From the NCBI GenBank assembly GCA_025935815.1, contig JAICUO010000001.1:1-49786 (forward strand): a stretch of 49,786 nt of DNA. Direction: 5' to 3'. Below are positions 36,053 to 45,757 of the stretch, piece by piece. Within the stretch, counting starts at the first letter, position 1, and each line of letters begins with the position of its first letter. The notes below the pieces were generated by a model. It saw only the letters and a program-made list of their open reading frames with translations. It made no database searches and was not told where the DNA came from. Position numbers and translations under genes: made by a program. This DNA comes from Streptosporangiaceae bacterium (GTDB lineage Bacteria > Actinomycetota > Actinomycetes > Streptosporangiales > Streptosporangiaceae).

Positions 36053-37510
36053 ATGAAACTGGTGCGCACCCTGCTGGCAGCCGTGGCCGCCGGCCTCGCG
36101 GCTTTCACCGGCACCGCCGTGACCGCGGCCCCGGCGGGCGCCGCGCAAGCCACGTTCACCCCCGGAGCGGCGTGGACCGACCAGGGCGGCAACGCGCTGC
36201 AGGCGCATGGCCTCGGCATCATCAAGGTCGGCTCGACCTGGTACGCGTTCGGGGAGGACAAGACCGCGGAGTCCTCGGCCAACACGCAGTTCCAGGACAT
36301 CCCGTGCTACAGCTCCGCCGATCTCGCGCACTGGACGCGCCAGGGCCAGGCCCTGGCCCGGCAGTCCAGCGGTGACCTCGGGCCCGGCCGGGTCATCGAG
36401 CGGCCGAAGGTGATCTTCAACGCCGCCACCGGGCAGTACGTCATGTACCTGCACGTCGACAGTTCCTCCTACTCCGAGGCCAAGGTCGGGGTGGCGACGA
36501 GTTCCTCGGTCTGCGGTCCGTACGCCTACCGCGGCAGCTTCCAGCCGCTGGGGTTCCAGAGCAGGGACATCGGCCTGTTCCAGGACACCGACGGGTCGGC
36601 TTACCTGCTCAGCGAGGACCGGGCGAACGGGCTGCGGATCGACCGGCTGTCCGCCGACTACCTGTCGGTGACCAGCGCGGTGGCAGTCCTGCCCGATTAC
36701 GAGGCTCCGGCGATGATGAAGATCGGCGGGACCTATTACGTCTTCGGGTCGCACCTGACCGGCTGGTCCGCCAACGACAACGTCTACGCGACCGCGACCT
36801 CGCTGGCCGGCCCCTGGTCGTCGGCGAGCACCTTCGCGCCCGCCCGCACCAGCACCTATCAGTCGCAGACGGCCAACATCATCACCGTGCAGGGCAGCGC
36901 GGGCGCGACCTACATCTACGCGGGCGACCGGTGGACGACATCCAACCTCGGCACCTCGCCGCTGATCTGGCTGCCGCTCACCATCCAAGGCACCACGGTG
37001 ACGATGGGGTGGTACAACCAATGGTCACTCGACACGAGCGCGGGCACCTGGTCGGCGAGCGCCTCGCTGCCGCCGTCCGGCACGCGCGTGCTGACCAACC
37101 AGAACAGCGGCATGGCGATGGACGTCACGGGGGCGTCCAAGACCGCCGGCGCCCTCGTCATCCAGTGGCCCGCGAACGGTGGCGCCAACCAGGAATGGAC
37201 GCTGCAGCCAGTCTCCGGGAACGTCTACACGGTGCACAACGCCAACAGTGGCCTCTGCCTGGATGTGCCCGGCTCCTCCGCCACGGAGGGGGTCCAGCTT
37301 GACCAGGGGACCTGCAACGGCCGCGCCGGCCAGGAGTGGGCCTTCGAAGCGGTGGGGAGCTACCAGTCAGCTTCGGATGCCGACTTCGTGCTCGCGTCCA
37401 TGAACAGCGGCATGACCGCGGAGGTCAAGGGCAATTCGACTGCCTCGCACGCGCAGGTGGATCAGTGGCCGTCCAACGGGGGCACCAATCAGGTCTGGAT
37501 CACCGGCTAG
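36053..37510 (+). CDS. Secreted GH43 glycoside hydrolase (exo-beta-1,3-galactanase-like) with ricin-B/CBM13 domain
   Basis: Signal peptide; QAHG, ERPK, SRD, EAP, SQ motifs; QxW repeats (NQEW, GQEW, NQVW) at the C-terminus. Confidence 0.87.
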   Translation: MKLVRTLLAAVAAGLAAFTGTAVTAAPAGAAQATFTPGAAWTDQGGNALQAHGLGIIKVGSTWYAFGEDKTAESSANTQFQDIPCYSSADLAHWTRQGQALARQSSGDLGPGRVIERPKVIFNAATGQYVMYLHVDSSSYSEAKVGVATSSSVCGPYAYRGSFQPLGFQSRDIGLFQDTDGSAYLLSEDRANGLRIDRLSADYLSVTSAVAVLPDYEAPAMMKIGGTYYVFGSHLTGWSANDNVYATATSLAGPWSSASTFAPARTSTYQSQTANIITVQGSAGATYIYAGDRWTTSNLGTSPLIWLPLTIQGTTVTMGWYNQWSLDTSAGTWSASASLPPSGTRVLTNQNSGMAMDVTGASKTAGALVIQWPANGGANQEWTLQPVSGNVYTVHNANSGLCLDVPGSSATEGVQLDQGTCNGRAGQEWAFEAVGSYQSASDADFVLASMNSGMTAEVKGNSTASHAQVDQWPSNGGTNQVWITG

Positions 37511-37629
37511 GCCAGCACGCGAACGCCGTCGATCCGGAGGAGTTCCCCCAGGTTCGCGCCCTTGCCGCCGACCACGGTGACCTGCGTCTGGTCGATCTCT
37601 TCGAGGCTCAGCACGTAACGCTCGACCAT
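37507..37629 (-). pseudogene. Truncated N-terminus of a PEP-synthase/rifamycin phosphotransferase (Rph)-type protein
   Basis: Hand translation MVERYVLSLEEIDQTQVTVVGGKGANLGELLRIDGVRVLA*; VGGKGANLGEL is the PPDK_N start motif; GGAGGTG RBS; not in the ORF track. Confidence 0.75.
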
Positions 37630-37735
37630 CGCGACACCTCCAGGTGGCCATGCTCCGCGTCAGACTCTTAGCCCGGGTACACGATAGGTACACGGGTCGC
37701 AGTCATGCGGAGGGCTTGATCGGGGGGGCTGGTTT

Positions 37736-38776
37736 GTGAACGTCACGGTGACTGACTGGGTTGTCCTGCTCGGCATCACGCTGGCGCTGTTCGCGATTGA
37801 CCTGGTGCCGGCGACGCTGCGGCCGCACGCCATCGGCTTCCGCGAAGCCGCCGTGTGGTGGGGGCTGTTCGTCGCCGCGGCGGCGGGCTTCGCCGTGATC
37901 CTCGCCTTCTTGGAGGGAGGGGAGTATGCCGCCCAGTTCACCGCGGGCTACATCGTGGAGCTGAGCCTGTCCGTCGACAACCTGTTCGTCTTCGTCATCA
38001 TCATGTCGTCCTTCGCGGTCCCCCGCGAGCACCAGCAACGGGTGCTCATCTTCGGGATCGGCACCGCGCTGTGCCTGCGCGCTGGCTTCATCGCCGTGGG
38101 CGCGGTGCTGCTGGAACTGCTGTCGTTCATGTTCTTGATCTTCGGCCTGGTCCTGATCTGGACGGCGGGGCGAATGCTGGCGCACCGGGGCGCCGACCCC
38201 CACGTGGCCGACGGCCCCCTGGTCCGCGTCGCCCGCCGGATCCTGCCAGTCAGCGACCAGTTGGACGACGGGCGGCTGATCACCCGCGACGGCGGGCACC
38301 GGGTGGTCACGCCCCTGTTCATCGTGTTCATCGCTATCGGCGGCACGGACGTGCTGTTCGCGCTGGACTCGATCCCCGCGGTGTTCGGCGTCACGGACGA
38401 GGCGTACATCGTGTTCGCGGCCAACGCGTTCGCGCTGCTCGGCCTGCGCGCGCTGTTCTTCCTGGTGACTGGACTGCTGGACCGGCTGGTGTACCTGTCG
38501 GTGGGGCTAGCGGTGATCTTGTCCTTCATCGGGGTGAAGCTCATCTTGCACTGGGCGCACGGGCTCAGCGCGGCGGTCCCCGAGATCAGCACCGCGCTGT
38601 CGCTGGCCGTCATCGGGGCGGTGCTCGCCATCACGACGGTGGCGAGCCTGGCCAGGGCACGCGCCGGGCGGTTACCGCCCCACGAGGAACGGGACGGTGT
38701 GGCCGGCCAGCCACCGCGATCGCCGCGCAACCTTCATGATGCCTCCACCCTTCTGAAAGTCTTCGTCGCTGGGTGA
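37736..38776 (+). CDS. TerC/Alx-family metal homeostasis membrane protein
   Basis: ELSLSVDNLFVF, DVLFALDSIPAVFG, ANAFALLGLRALFF. Confidence 0.93.
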   Translation: MNVTVTDWVVLLGITLALFAIDLVPATLRPHAIGFREAAVWWGLFVAAAAGFAVILAFLEGGEYAAQFTAGYIVELSLSVDNLFVFVIIMSSFAVPREHQQRVLIFGIGTALCLRAGFIAVGAVLLELLSFMFLIFGLVLIWTAGRMLAHRGADPHVADGPLVRVARRILPVSDQLDDGRLITRDGGHRVVTPLFIVFIAIGGTDVLFALDSIPAVFGVTDEAYIVFAANAFALLGLRALFFLVTGLLDRLVYLSVGLAVILSFIGVKLILHWAHGLSAAVPEISTALSLAVIGAVLAITTVASLARARAGRLPPHEERDGVAGQPPRSPRNLHDASTLLKVFVAG

Positions 38777-38821
38777 GCACACGGTAAGCGGCGGGGACGC
38801 GGCGGCGGTACCGTCGAATTA

Positions 38822-38849
38822 CGGTATCCGCACGGCGGTATCCGCACGG
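38822..38849. repeat. 14-bp tandem duplication
   Basis: CGGTATCCGCACGG twice in tandem in intergenic DNA. Confidence 0.6.
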
Positions 38850-39044
38850 TCGGCGTTACGGCGATCATGAAAGGCACGGGGCGCAGAGTCTCGTTAGGTG
38901 ATGCCGTGGGCGTGGCCGCTGTCCGTTGCTCGATCACGTACCCGGCCCCGGCCATCGCCGCGAAGGCACCCGGCAACGACGACCGTGCGGGCCGCCCAGG
39001 TAAGGGCGGCCCGCACGGTCAGGTCCGGCTCAGTGCCGGGTGGG

Positions 39045-39692
39045 TCAGAACTTGCCGGACGCGATGGCGGCCAGCGTCACCCGGGTGACCTTGTAGGCCG
39101 CCACGGACGACGGCACGTTCCCCTGGGCCGGCTCCGTGTCCTTGATCGGCATCCCGGTCTTGGCGCTGATCGTCAGCACCTCTCCCCCGCTGCCGCCGAA
39201 CAGGGCTGATCCCGCCTTGAGGGTCAGCGTGGCCTGGCCGCCGGTCGTCGACTTCGCCACGGCGACCTGGGGAATGGTGGACAGCAGGCGCAGCACGCCC
39301 GCCCGGACCTGGGGGTTGCCGCCCCCGGCGGACAGTGCCTCAACGCTGTTGCTCCAGACGCGGTTGTTGATGATGTTCTGCAGGGCCTGGCCGGCGGGCA
39401 GCTTCGGCGGGGTCTTCATCCCCTTCGCCTTCAGCGTGGGCCACTCCTTGGCGATTTCCTTGTCCCAGGCCGCCCGCTGCGCGCTACCGGTGCGGCTCAG
39501 CCAAAAGTCATAGGTCCTACGAGACTCGAAGGCCGCCATCCACACATCGCCGAGCAGGTCCTCGGCCGCCGCACGCCCCGCTCGCCGCGCCAGGTACGCC
39601 CCGACCGCGCCCTCATGGCGGCTGATCACCTCCATGAAGGCTTCCCCGTCACCGGCCAGCGACCTGCCGATCAGTTCCGCGTCTGACGTCAT
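39045..39692 (-). pseudogene. In-frame chimera of an ECF sigma factor N-terminus and the C-terminus of its likely extracytoplasmic partner
   Basis: MTSDAELIGRSLAGDGEAF...RHEGAVGAYLARRAGRAAAEDLLGDVWMAAFESRRTYD is sigma region 1.2-2.2; after about 39505 the sequence is unrelated (PQVRAGVLRLLSTIPQV); no region 4; GGAGG RBS. Confidence 0.65.
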
Positions 39693-39794
39693 GACCCTCC
39701 TTCCGCTACTGCGCGCTCCACCCTGAGATTGCCGATTCACCTCCAAAGCGTTCAGGACCAGGAAAAGCTGCACCGTTGTCAGCGCGCACCGTCG

Positions 39795-40520
39795 TCAGTC
39801 GCGAGGATCTGGCCGCGCGGGCGCGAGGCCCGCGTCAAGCTCGCCCAGCCACTCGACCAGGAACGGCTCCTGCCAGGGCACTAGTGAGATCTCGTATTCG
39901 CGGGAGCCGGGCGCCTGGCCGGCCAGGACGCCGCCCGCGGTGCGGATCAGCCGCTCCGAGGCGAGGTTGCCGAGCGCGACCGTGGCGGTGAAGCGCACGA
40001 TTCCCGCGGCGCGAGCGCGATCTGACAGCAGTTCGAGCAGCTTGCTGCCCAGGCCACGGCCCTGCCATTCATCGACGATGGTGACGGCGATCTCCGCGGC
40101 GCCGCGATCTTCATGGTCGCGGACGTAGCGGGCGACGCCGGCCCCGCGTCCCCGGCGATCCAGCGCCGCGAGCGCCTCGTGGTCGTGGTGATCGACACGG
40201 GTCAAGAAGCGCAGCTCGGCGCTGCTCAGCCGGGCCTTGTTACCCAGGAACCGCGACCGGCGGGACTGCTCGCTCAGCCGGTCAAAGCAGTCGGCCAGCA
40301 GTGCGACGTCGGTGCCGCGCACCTGCCGTATCAGCACCAGGGATCCGTCGCGCAACATCGACGGCTGGCCGGTCAGGCTGGCGCGGGCTTCCCCGTCACG
40401 CGCCATCCGCAAAGCTCGCCGCCGCCGCCGCAGCGACGTTACCCTGCCCTTTCGCGCCGCGCCGGGCTGACGCCGGCCCGGCCAGGCCTGGTGGGCCGCT
40501 TCCCCGTATTCAGCGGTCAC
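39795..40520 (-). CDS. GNAT-family acetyltransferase
   Basis: LRDGSLVLIR, LSEQSRRSRF, VDHHDHEAL, AEIAVTIVDEWQGRGLG, N motif; start uncertain. Confidence 0.85.
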   Translation of the reverse strand: MTAEYGEAAHQAWPGRRQPGAARKGRVTSLRRRRRALRMARDGEARASLTGQPSMLRDGSLVLIRQVRGTDVALLADCFDRLSEQSRRSRFLGNKARLSSAELRFLTRVDHHDHEALAALDRRGRGAGVARYVRDHEDRGAAEIAVTIVDEWQGRGLGSKLLELLSDRARAAGIVRFTATVALGNLASERLIRTAGGVLAGQAPGSREYEISLVPWQEPFLVEWLGELDAGLAPARPDPRD

Positions 40521-40542
40521 TCCTGCTCCTTGCCGCTACGTG

Positions 40543-40571
40543 AAGGGCGGCCCCGAGATGGGGCCGCCCTT
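40543..40571. terminator. Hairpin between msrA and the GNAT gene
   Basis: AAGGGCGGCCCC-gagat-GGGGCCGCCCTT, perfect 12-bp stem. Confidence 0.6.
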
Positions 40572-40653
40572 ACACGATCTGCGGTAGTGCTGAAGCGGTG
40601 CTGACACCGCGTTGAAGTGGCGCTGCGGCCGGCTCCGGCGCGGGGTCAGGCTC

Positions 40654-41169
40654 TCAGGATGAGACCTGGTCCGCTCGGCGCGGGAGCTTCCAGCCGGGGC
40701 GGACGAAGTGGCACGTGTAGCCGTCGGGGTAGCGCTCCAGGTAATCCTGGTGCTCGGGCTCGGCCTCCCAGAATGGCCCGGCCGGGGTGACCTCGGTAAC
40801 CACCTTGCCCGGCCACAGGCCGGAGGCGTCGACGTCGGCGATCGTGTCCTCGGCGGTCCGCTTCTGCTCGTCGCTGCGGTAGAAGATGGCCGACCGGTAG
40901 CTGGTCCCGATGTCGTTTCCCTGCCGGTTCAGCGTGGTCGGGTCGTGGACCTGGAAGAAGAACTCCAGCAGGTCCCGGTAGGAGATCTTGTCCGGGTCGA
41001 AGACGATCTCGATCGCCTCGGCGTGGCCGTGGTGGTTGCGGTAGGTCGCGTTCGCCACGTCACCACCGGTGTAACCGACCCTGGTCGCCAGGACGCCGGG
41101 AAGCTTGCGGACGAGATCCTGCACGCCCCAGAAGCAGCCGCCGGCGAGGATGGCCTTCTCGGTTGTCAT
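40654..41169 (-). CDS. msrA: Peptide-methionine (S)-S-oxide reductase
   Basis: GGCFWG active site, [37 protein letters not shown]. Confidence 0.97.
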   Translation of the reverse strand: MTTEKAILAGGCFWGVQDLVRKLPGVLATRVGYTGGDVANATYRNHHGHAEAIEIVFDPDKISYRDLLEFFFQVHDPTTLNRQGNDIGTSYRSAIFYRSDEQKRTAEDTIADVDASGLWPGKVVTEVTPAGPFWEAEPEHQDYLERYPDGYTCHFVRPGWKLPRRADQVSS

Positions 41170-41636
41170 GATGCACTCCCAGTGTCATGCGCGGGCTCGA
41201 ACAGCGCGCGGTAGCCGCCGTACCCCTCGCGCTCCAGGTCATCGAGCGGGATGAACCGCAAGGCAGCGGAGTTGATGCAGTAGCGCAGGCCGCCCTCCTG
41301 CGGGGGCCCGTCCGGGAACACGTGCCCTAGGTGACTGTCGCCGTGGGCCGAGCGGACCTCGGTCCTGACCATCCCGTGGGTGGCGTCCGTGCGCTCGACA
41401 ACGTTGCCCGGCTCGATCGGCACCGTGAAGCTCGGCCAGCCGGAGTGGCTGTCGTACTTGCTGACCGACGCGAACAAGGGCTCACCGGACACGACGTCGA
41501 CGTAGATGCCGGGCTCCTTGTTGTCCCAGTACTGGTTGCGGAACGCGGGCTCGGTACCGCACTGCTGGGTGATCCGGTACTGCTCCGGCGTCAGCCGGGA
41601 GATGGCCTCGGGGTCCTTGCGGAAGGTGTCCGCCAT
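41166..41636 (-). CDS. msrB: Peptide-methionine (R)-S-oxide reductase
   Basis: [33 protein letters not shown]; GAAGGAG RBS before ATG 41636; ATGA overlap with msrA. Confidence 0.97.
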   Translation of the reverse strand: MADTFRKDPEAISRLTPEQYRITQQCGTEPAFRNQYWDNKEPGIYVDVVSGEPLFASVSKYDSHSGWPSFTVPIEPGNVVERTDATHGMVRTEVRSAHGDSHLGHVFPDGPPQEGGLRYCINSAALRFIPLDDLEREGYGGYRALFEPAHDTGSAS

Positions 41637-41839
41637 GTCAGCTCCTTCGCCGATGCTGCCGCCCGCTGGCTGCGGACTGGCTCGCGAAGCATGCAACCGC
41701 GCGCGGGCCACCGTTGTTCCGGCGTCCGTCGTTGCCGGTCAGGCCCCTGGGCGGGCGGCCGGTCCCCTGGGGGCCGGCCGGGCCGATGAGCCAGCGAACG
41801 CCGGCCGTCATTCCAGCCTCCAGACCGGGACCCGGTGCG

Positions 41840-42628
41840 TCAACCTTTGTCAGGAGTAAGGGCGGCCCGGCGCTGCTGGCCGGGTTGCGCCAGGCCGAGG
41901 GTGTCCAGGGCGACCAGGACGCCGCCGGCGAAGGCGGCCGGCATCACCACGATCGCCATCAGCGGGATCATGCAGAGCAGGGCGGCCGGGAGGCCGAGGC
42001 CGACCACGAGCATGCGGCGGCGGCGCAGCATCGCGGTCCGGCCGCGAAGGTCGATGCCGCGCCGGTAGAAGGGGACCGCGACGACCTCCAGCGCGATGAA
42101 CCACGCGGTCACCAGCACCAGCAGGACGGGGACCACGGTCTGCCCGACGACCGGGAGGAAGCCGGCCAGGAACAGCAGGGTGGTGAATACCAGCGAGCGC
42201 AGCAGCAACAGGATGCCGTCGCGGACGCCCAGCAGCAGCAGTTTCCACCATGACAGGTCAATGTGCCCCTCGGCGGCGCCCAGGTCATCTTCGATCCGCT
42301 CGGCGATGTGCTCATAGAACGGGCCGCCGACGATCAGCGTCAGGGTGGTGAACCCGACCAGCCCGAGCAGCACCGCGCTGCCGACCAGGGTGAGGCCCGC
42401 GGCGAACCGCGTAGCCTCCCGCCAGCCGCCTGACCAGTGGTCCGCGAATGGCGTGATCAGCGCGGCGAGGTCGCCGATGTTAGCGAGCAGCGCGATGGCC
42501 CCGCCCGCCAGCAGCGCCGTGGTCAGCACGGCCGGCAGCATGCCGGTCAGCAACAGCCTCGGCCGGCTGAACAACATCCCCAATCCCTGCCCGAAGTACC
42601 GAACTCCGGCAATGAAGTCGCGCACCAT
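41840..42628 (-). CDS. EI24/CysZ-family membrane protein
   Basis: GVRYFGQG, GGPFYEHIAERIE, FLPVVGQ, MIPLMAIVVMP; GGAGG RBS before ATG 42628. Confidence 0.8.
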   Translation of the reverse strand: MVRDFIAGVRYFGQGLGMLFSRPRLLLTGMLPAVLTTALLAGGAIALLANIGDLAALITPFADHWSGGWREATRFAAGLTLVGSAVLLGLVGFTTLTLIVGGPFYEHIAERIEDDLGAAEGHIDLSWWKLLLLGVRDGILLLLRSLVFTTLLFLAGFLPVVGQTVVPVLLVLVTAWFIALEVVAVPFYRRGIDLRGRTAMLRRRRMLVVGLGLPAALLCMIPLMAIVVMPAAFAGGVLVALDTLGLAQPGQQRRAALTPDKG

Positions 42629-42676
42629 ACCGCCTCCAGCTGGCCCCAGGCCGGTCACCGATAGCTTAACGGATTC

Positions 42677-42767
42677 TGAAATTTTCACCGGCGGTGGCCC
42701 TTGATCCGGCCGATACTCTCGAAATATTTCCGAAACCGTTGACGGTCCGCCGGGGCCAACCCATGCT
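42677..42767 (+). promoter_or_regulatory. Housekeeping-type promoter with upstream GAAA/TTTC palindromes for the CE15 gene
   Basis: TTGACG (42739-42744)-17 nt-CATGCT (42762-42767); palindromes TGAAATTTTCA (42677-42687) and GAAATATTTC (42721-42730). Confidence 0.5.
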
Positions 42768-42899
42768 GTCGTCAACCGCAGGGCGCAGCTAGCGCCGGCC
42801 AGATTACCGTCGGCGTGATTCGCTATTCCGCTGGAAATCCGCGCATTTCATTTATCGATGCCGGAACTTGCGTCTACTCCCAGAAGGAGGGTCCTGGTC

Positions 42900-44738
42900 A
42901 TGATCAACTCGGGCCGGTCCGCGATCCGTTCGATGGTTGTCATGCTGGCGCTATTCGCGCTCGCGGTCACCGGAGCGGTGACGGTAACGTCCACGGCCGC
43001 GGTGGCGGCTGGTGGCGTCGAAGACAGCGGGGCGGGCTGCCCGGTCTCCCTGCCGGGCTCTCTGACCGCCAATTCGACGCTTCCCGACCCGTTCACGAGG
43101 CTGAACGGAACGCGTATTTCCAGTGTGGCCGACTGGACGTGCCGGCGCGAGGAGATCCTGCAGCTAGCGCAGAAGTACATTTACGGAACGAAGCCAGCGA
43201 AGCCCGCGAGTGTCACCGGGACGGTCTCATCTACCAATATCACGGTCAACGTTTCCAACAATGGCAAGAGCGCCAGCTGGTCGGCGGGAGTGCAGCTGCC
43301 GAGCACTGGTTCCGGGCCTTTCCCGGCCGTCATCGTCTACGGCGGCAGCGGCGTGGACACGTCCACCATCTTGAACTCGGGTGCCGCCGTCATCAACTAC
43401 AACCCCTACAACGTCGGCGCCGAGGGCACGGCGCGGGACCAGGACACGGGCGCGTTCTACACCCTCTACGGGCCCTCGGACAACACCGGGCTGCTAATGG
43501 CCTGGGCCTGGGGCGTTAGCCGGATCATCGACGTCATCGAGCAGTCGGGCGGCAACATCCTGAAGGCGGACGACACCGCCGTAAGCGGCTGCTCCCGGTT
43601 CGGCAAGGGCGCCTTCGTGGCCGGCGTGTTCGACCAGCGCATCCCGCTGACCATGCCGGTTGAGTCGGGCACCGACGGCGTCCCGATCTACCGCGGGATT
43701 CCCGGGGAAAGCGGCTCCCAGCCGCTGAGCAACGCCTTCGGCGAGCAGCCGTGGGTGGGCGACGCCTTCAGCCAGTTCAACGGCAACCCGAACACGCTGC
43801 CGGTGGACACGCACGAGATGGTCGGCATGGTCGCCCCGCGCGGGCTGTTCATCATGGAGAACCCGCACATCGACTGGCTGGGCGCCCGGTCCGGGAGCGT
43901 CGCCGCCCTAGGCGGGGCGGAGGTCTACAAGGCGCTCGGCGCGGGGAACAACATCTCCTACATCTCCGACGTCGCGAACGGCACCCACTGCGCCACCCGC
44001 CCCGAATGGCAGGCCCCCATGGCCGCGAGCATCAAGTTCTTCCTGGAGAACACGGGGACTCCGCCCGCGGTGTTCCGGATCTCGTCGCTGAAGCAAGGCA
44101 ACCTGTCGCAGTGGCGGACCTGGACCACCCCCACCCTGTCCAGCAGCTCAAACACGGTGACCGTGACCAACCCGGGCGCGCAGGCCGGGACCGTCGGCAC
44201 CGCCGCCAGCCTGCAGGTCCAGGCCAGCGACTCCGCAGCCGGGCAGACCCTCACCTACTCCGCCACCGGCCTGCCGGCCGGGCTGGCCATCAGCTCCGCC
44301 GGCCTGATCTCGGGAACCCCCACCACCGCCGGGAACTCCAACGTCACCGTCACCGCGACGGACGGCACCAGCGCCTCCGGAGCGGCCAGCTTCACCTGGA
44401 CGATCAGCGGCGGGACGACCACCGGCACCTGCCACGTCACCTACACCAGGAACAGCGAGTGGCCCGGTAACTTCACCGCCCAGGTGGTCATCCAGAACAC
44501 CGGCACGTCCGCGATCAACGGCTGGTCGGTGACCTTCACGTTCCCCGGCGACCAGAAGGTCACCGCCAACTTCAACGGCGGCTTCTCCATGAACGGCGAG
44601 AACGCCACCTTCACCAACGCCAGCTACAACGCCACCATCGCGGCGGGAGCCAGCACCACCGACGGCTTCCAGGGCACGTTCACCAGCAACGACGCCAGCC
44701 CGACGAGCTTCTCCGTCAACGGCGCCGCCTGCACCTGA
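42900..44738 (+). CDS. Secreted CE15 glucuronoyl esterase with Ig-like and CBM2 domains
   Basis: LPDPF, AWAWGVSRIID, GCSRFGK nucleophile motif, ESG; ATGLPAGL Ig repeat; C-terminal C...W...NGW...FSVNGAAC CBM2; AGGAGG RBS. Confidence 0.9.
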   Translation: MINSGRSAIRSMVVMLALFALAVTGAVTVTSTAAVAAGGVEDSGAGCPVSLPGSLTANSTLPDPFTRLNGTRISSVADWTCRREEILQLAQKYIYGTKPAKPASVTGTVSSTNITVNVSNNGKSASWSAGVQLPSTGSGPFPAVIVYGGSGVDTSTILNSGAAVINYNPYNVGAEGTARDQDTGAFYTLYGPSDNTGLLMAWAWGVSRIIDVIEQSGGNILKADDTAVSGCSRFGKGAFVAGVFDQRIPLTMPVESGTDGVPIYRGIPGESGSQPLSNAFGEQPWVGDAFSQFNGNPNTLPVDTHEMVGMVAPRGLFIMENPHIDWLGARSGSVAALGGAEVYKALGAGNNISYISDVANGTHCATRPEWQAPMAASIKFFLENTGTPPAVFRISSLKQGNLSQWRTWTTPTLSSSSNTVTVTNPGAQAGTVGTAASLQVQASDSAAGQTLTYSATGLPAGLAISSAGLISGTPTTAGNSNVTVTATDGTSASGAASFTWTISGGTTTGTCHVTYTRNSEWPGNFTAQVVIQNTGTSAINGWSVTFTFPGDQKVTANFNGGFSMNGENATFTNASYNATIAAGASTTDGFQGTFTSNDASPTSFSVNGAACT

Positions 44739-44760
44739 TCACCCAGGCGCTGGTGCAGCG

Positions 44761-45615
44761 CTAGTGCTGGCTACGTGGTGGAAGCTGGCCGACGCCGACG
44801 AGGAACCAGTACTGCTCCGGGTGCTCGGGGACGTCGTCCGGCTGGCCGGGGCGCCACTGGGGTGCCCAGACCAGGCCGGGGTCGATGAGCGTGAACCCGT
44901 CGAAGAAGCGGGTGATCTCCGCGCTGGTCCGGGCGCGGCCCCGGGCGGACACCTTGTTCTTGTACACGGTTTCCAACGCGGACAGGAGGTCGGGCCGAGG
45001 GTCACTGCAGGCGTGGGAGACGACGAGGTAGCTGCCGGCGGGCAGCGCGTCGCGCAAGGTGGCGACGATCTGCTCGGGCTGGTCGGCGTCGGCGAGGAAG
45101 TGCAGGACCGCCACCAGGAGCAAGGCGATGGGCTCGGTGAAGTCGAGCAGCAGCTGGGTCTCGGGATCGGCCAGGATGCGGGCCGGGTCGCGCAGGTCAG
45201 CCTGGATGACGGCGGCGGCGGCGCTGCCGTCCAGGATCAGCTTGCTATGGGCGACGGCGACGTCATCCGCGTCGACGTAGACCACGCGGCTGCCGGGTGC
45301 GGCGACCTGGGCAACCTGGTGGACGTTGTCCTGGGTGGGGATGCCGGAGCCGATGTCGAGGAACTGGCGGATGCCGGCCTCGGCGGCCAGGAACCGCACG
45401 GCCCGGCCGAGGAAGGCGCGGTTCGCGCGGGCGATGGCCCTGGCGTTCGGCTCGAGCGCGATCATCGCGCGGGCGGCGTCCTGGTCGGCGCGGAAGTTGT
45501 GGTCCCCGCCCAGCCACCAGTCGTAGACCCGGGCGACGTTGGCCTTGCCTATGTCGATGCCTGGCGGTACCCAGCCCGGCTGCATTGTCATCGCGCTTCC
45601 CGTCCCAGTCGCCAT
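44761..45615 (-). CDS. SAM-dependent methyltransferase (actinobacterial Methyltransf_19 type)
   Basis: ARVYDWWLGGDHNF, ANRAFLGRAVRFL, GIRQFLDIGSGIPT, GSYLVVSH, PGLV...WRP. Confidence 0.9.
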   Translation of the reverse strand: MATGTGSAMTMQPGWVPPGIDIGKANVARVYDWWLGGDHNFRADQDAARAMIALEPNARAIARANRAFLGRAVRFLAAEAGIRQFLDIGSGIPTQDNVHQVAQVAAPGSRVVYVDADDVAVAHSKLILDGSAAAAVIQADLRDPARILADPETQLLLDFTEPIALLLVAVLHFLADADQPEQIVATLRDALPAGSYLVVSHACSDPRPDLLSALETVYKNKVSARGRARTSAEITRFFDGFTLIDPGLVWAPQWRPGQPDDVPEHPEQYWFLVGVGQLPPRSQH

Positions 45616-45757
45616 GCCGGCACAGCTGCTGTCAGCCTAGCCCAGCTCGGGCACGGTGGACCGCCGCCGGCGGGTGCCGTACAGTTATTTCGCCCAGCCT
45701 TCCGCTTCCCCTGTGAGCCGCCAGGTCTCAGGCGGCGTGATCGGAGCCGGCTACCAG

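Noticed and set aside
24644-36375. Long alternative-frame ORFs (24644-26176, 29182-30705, 32253-33629, 34453-36375)
   Set aside because: Shadow ORFs typical of high-GC coding DNA, with no recognisable motifs and overlapping well-supported genes
37630-37735. Rifamycin-associated element upstream of the Rph-like stub
   Set aside because: No RAE-like palindrome found by eye, so the rph assignment stays tentative
38734-39088. Short ORFs between terC and the sigma chimera
   Set aside because: No RBS or family motif recognised; only a 14-bp tandem duplication is evident
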